Assembly (NCBI GenBank): GCA_012295275.1
Contig: CM022672.1
Coordinates: forward strand, 33,170,001-33,234,000
Source of the DNA: Chrysomallon squamiferum
Taxonomy: Eukaryota > Animalia > Mollusca
DNA: 64,000 nucleotides
Reading direction: 5' to 3'
In this document: positions 63,010 to 64,000 of the stretch, piece after piece
How positions within the stretch are numbered: position 1 is the first letter of the stretch
Layout of the letters: the number at the start of each line of letters is the position of its first letter
Made by a program: the position numbers and the translations under genes
The notes under the pieces: generated by a model
What the model saw: the letters and a program-made list of their open reading frames with translations, nothing else
What the model was told of the DNA's origin: nothing
The model's database searches: none

Positions 63010-64000
63010 TTTGTTTCTCATATAGCCTAAATGATGTCGGGATACCTGGACCAAGTGTTTTGATAGTAGTAAAGTGGTATTGAGGGCTATGGTCCGTTTT
63101 TTTTAATTTTTTTATTTATTTATATTAAGTGAATATAGCTCAGTAGATAGCAGTACTCTGGTAGTGATGCTGATGAGTGTGTTACATTATAAGTGAACAG
63201 AACTCCGCAAAATAACGAGATGACATGGAATGGTGTTTCCTACGTTTGTCCAAGGACGTTTTTTTATTTTTTTTTTTTTTTTTTTTTCTCTCACTACATC
63301 CAGGGTATCATCTGATACTCACGAGAATCATGCAAACTAGCCGATGTCCAGAGATATTGACACAGACTATAACACGAATACAACAGACGGACCAAAGTTA
63401 ATTCCCGTACCAACCCAACTCCTGCCTAGTCAAACCCCAGTGCTGTTGTAGTAGACAGATTTTGACTAGGTGGGAGGTCACCGTCTGTACTTTAAGCAGT
63501 TTTGCAATTTCTGACGTCACAACGTTGAATTATGTTGCAATACAGTCCGGTTATTTATATGTGCGTGTGTGTGTGTGTGTGTGTTTATATATATACGTAC
63601 CTATTTGTGTTTATATATCTATATCTATATAATTATATATATACGTGCGCGCGCACACACACACACATAGATACACTACTGTCTTATTGCGCTTGCCCCA
63701 TAGTTGAATAAATGGGGGGGGAGGGGCAATTTGAAAGTGATATACGATCCAAACTTCCGGTTAAACTTCATCTACACCATCTACGAGCAGTTATTTTTTA
63801 AAACTTTGTTTAATTAAAGGATTTCTTCTTTATATTACAGTTATTACACTTTTACAAAACTCAGTTTATTTTTGTTTAATTAAAGGATTTCTTCTTTATA
63901 TTACAGTTATTACACTTTTCCTACACTCAATTTGTTTTTATATCAAAGGAGGATATACATTTTTTTTAGATGTTGGGGTAGGGCATGGAGCAAAAAAAAA

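Noticed and set aside
63130-63160. tRNA-like A box TAGCTCAGTAG
   Set aside because: No B box or cloverleaf; at most a SINE head remnant.

Overview
Eukaryotic (animal) DNA: AT-rich, intron-rich and saturated with microsatellites, which account for most of the supplied ORFs. A degraded SINE-like element recalled from gastropods suggests a mollusc (inference). Splicing exons by eye (GT-AG boundaries, phases checked) gives seven genes: CCDC180 (-, 5' part, runs off the window start), PSMD5 (+), PTRH1 (+), CFAP157 (-), PIGC (+), an NmrA/NMRAL1-like gene (-) and a 214-aa RING-H2 E3 ligase ending in a CaaX box (-). Four unusual signals stand out. (1) The PTRH1 last exon continues in the -1 frame into a ~246-aa D/R-rich 15-aa-repeat tail. 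(2) Tandem repeats are anchored exactly on splice sites in four genes. (3) Exon fragments of local genes are scattered through the window, including inverted copies of ciliary-gene exons whose exonic part is (near-)identical while the intron flank has diverged. (4) The convergent PTRH1-CFAP157 pair mirrors the human arrangement as recalled. All homology calls come from remembered motifs; no searches were run.
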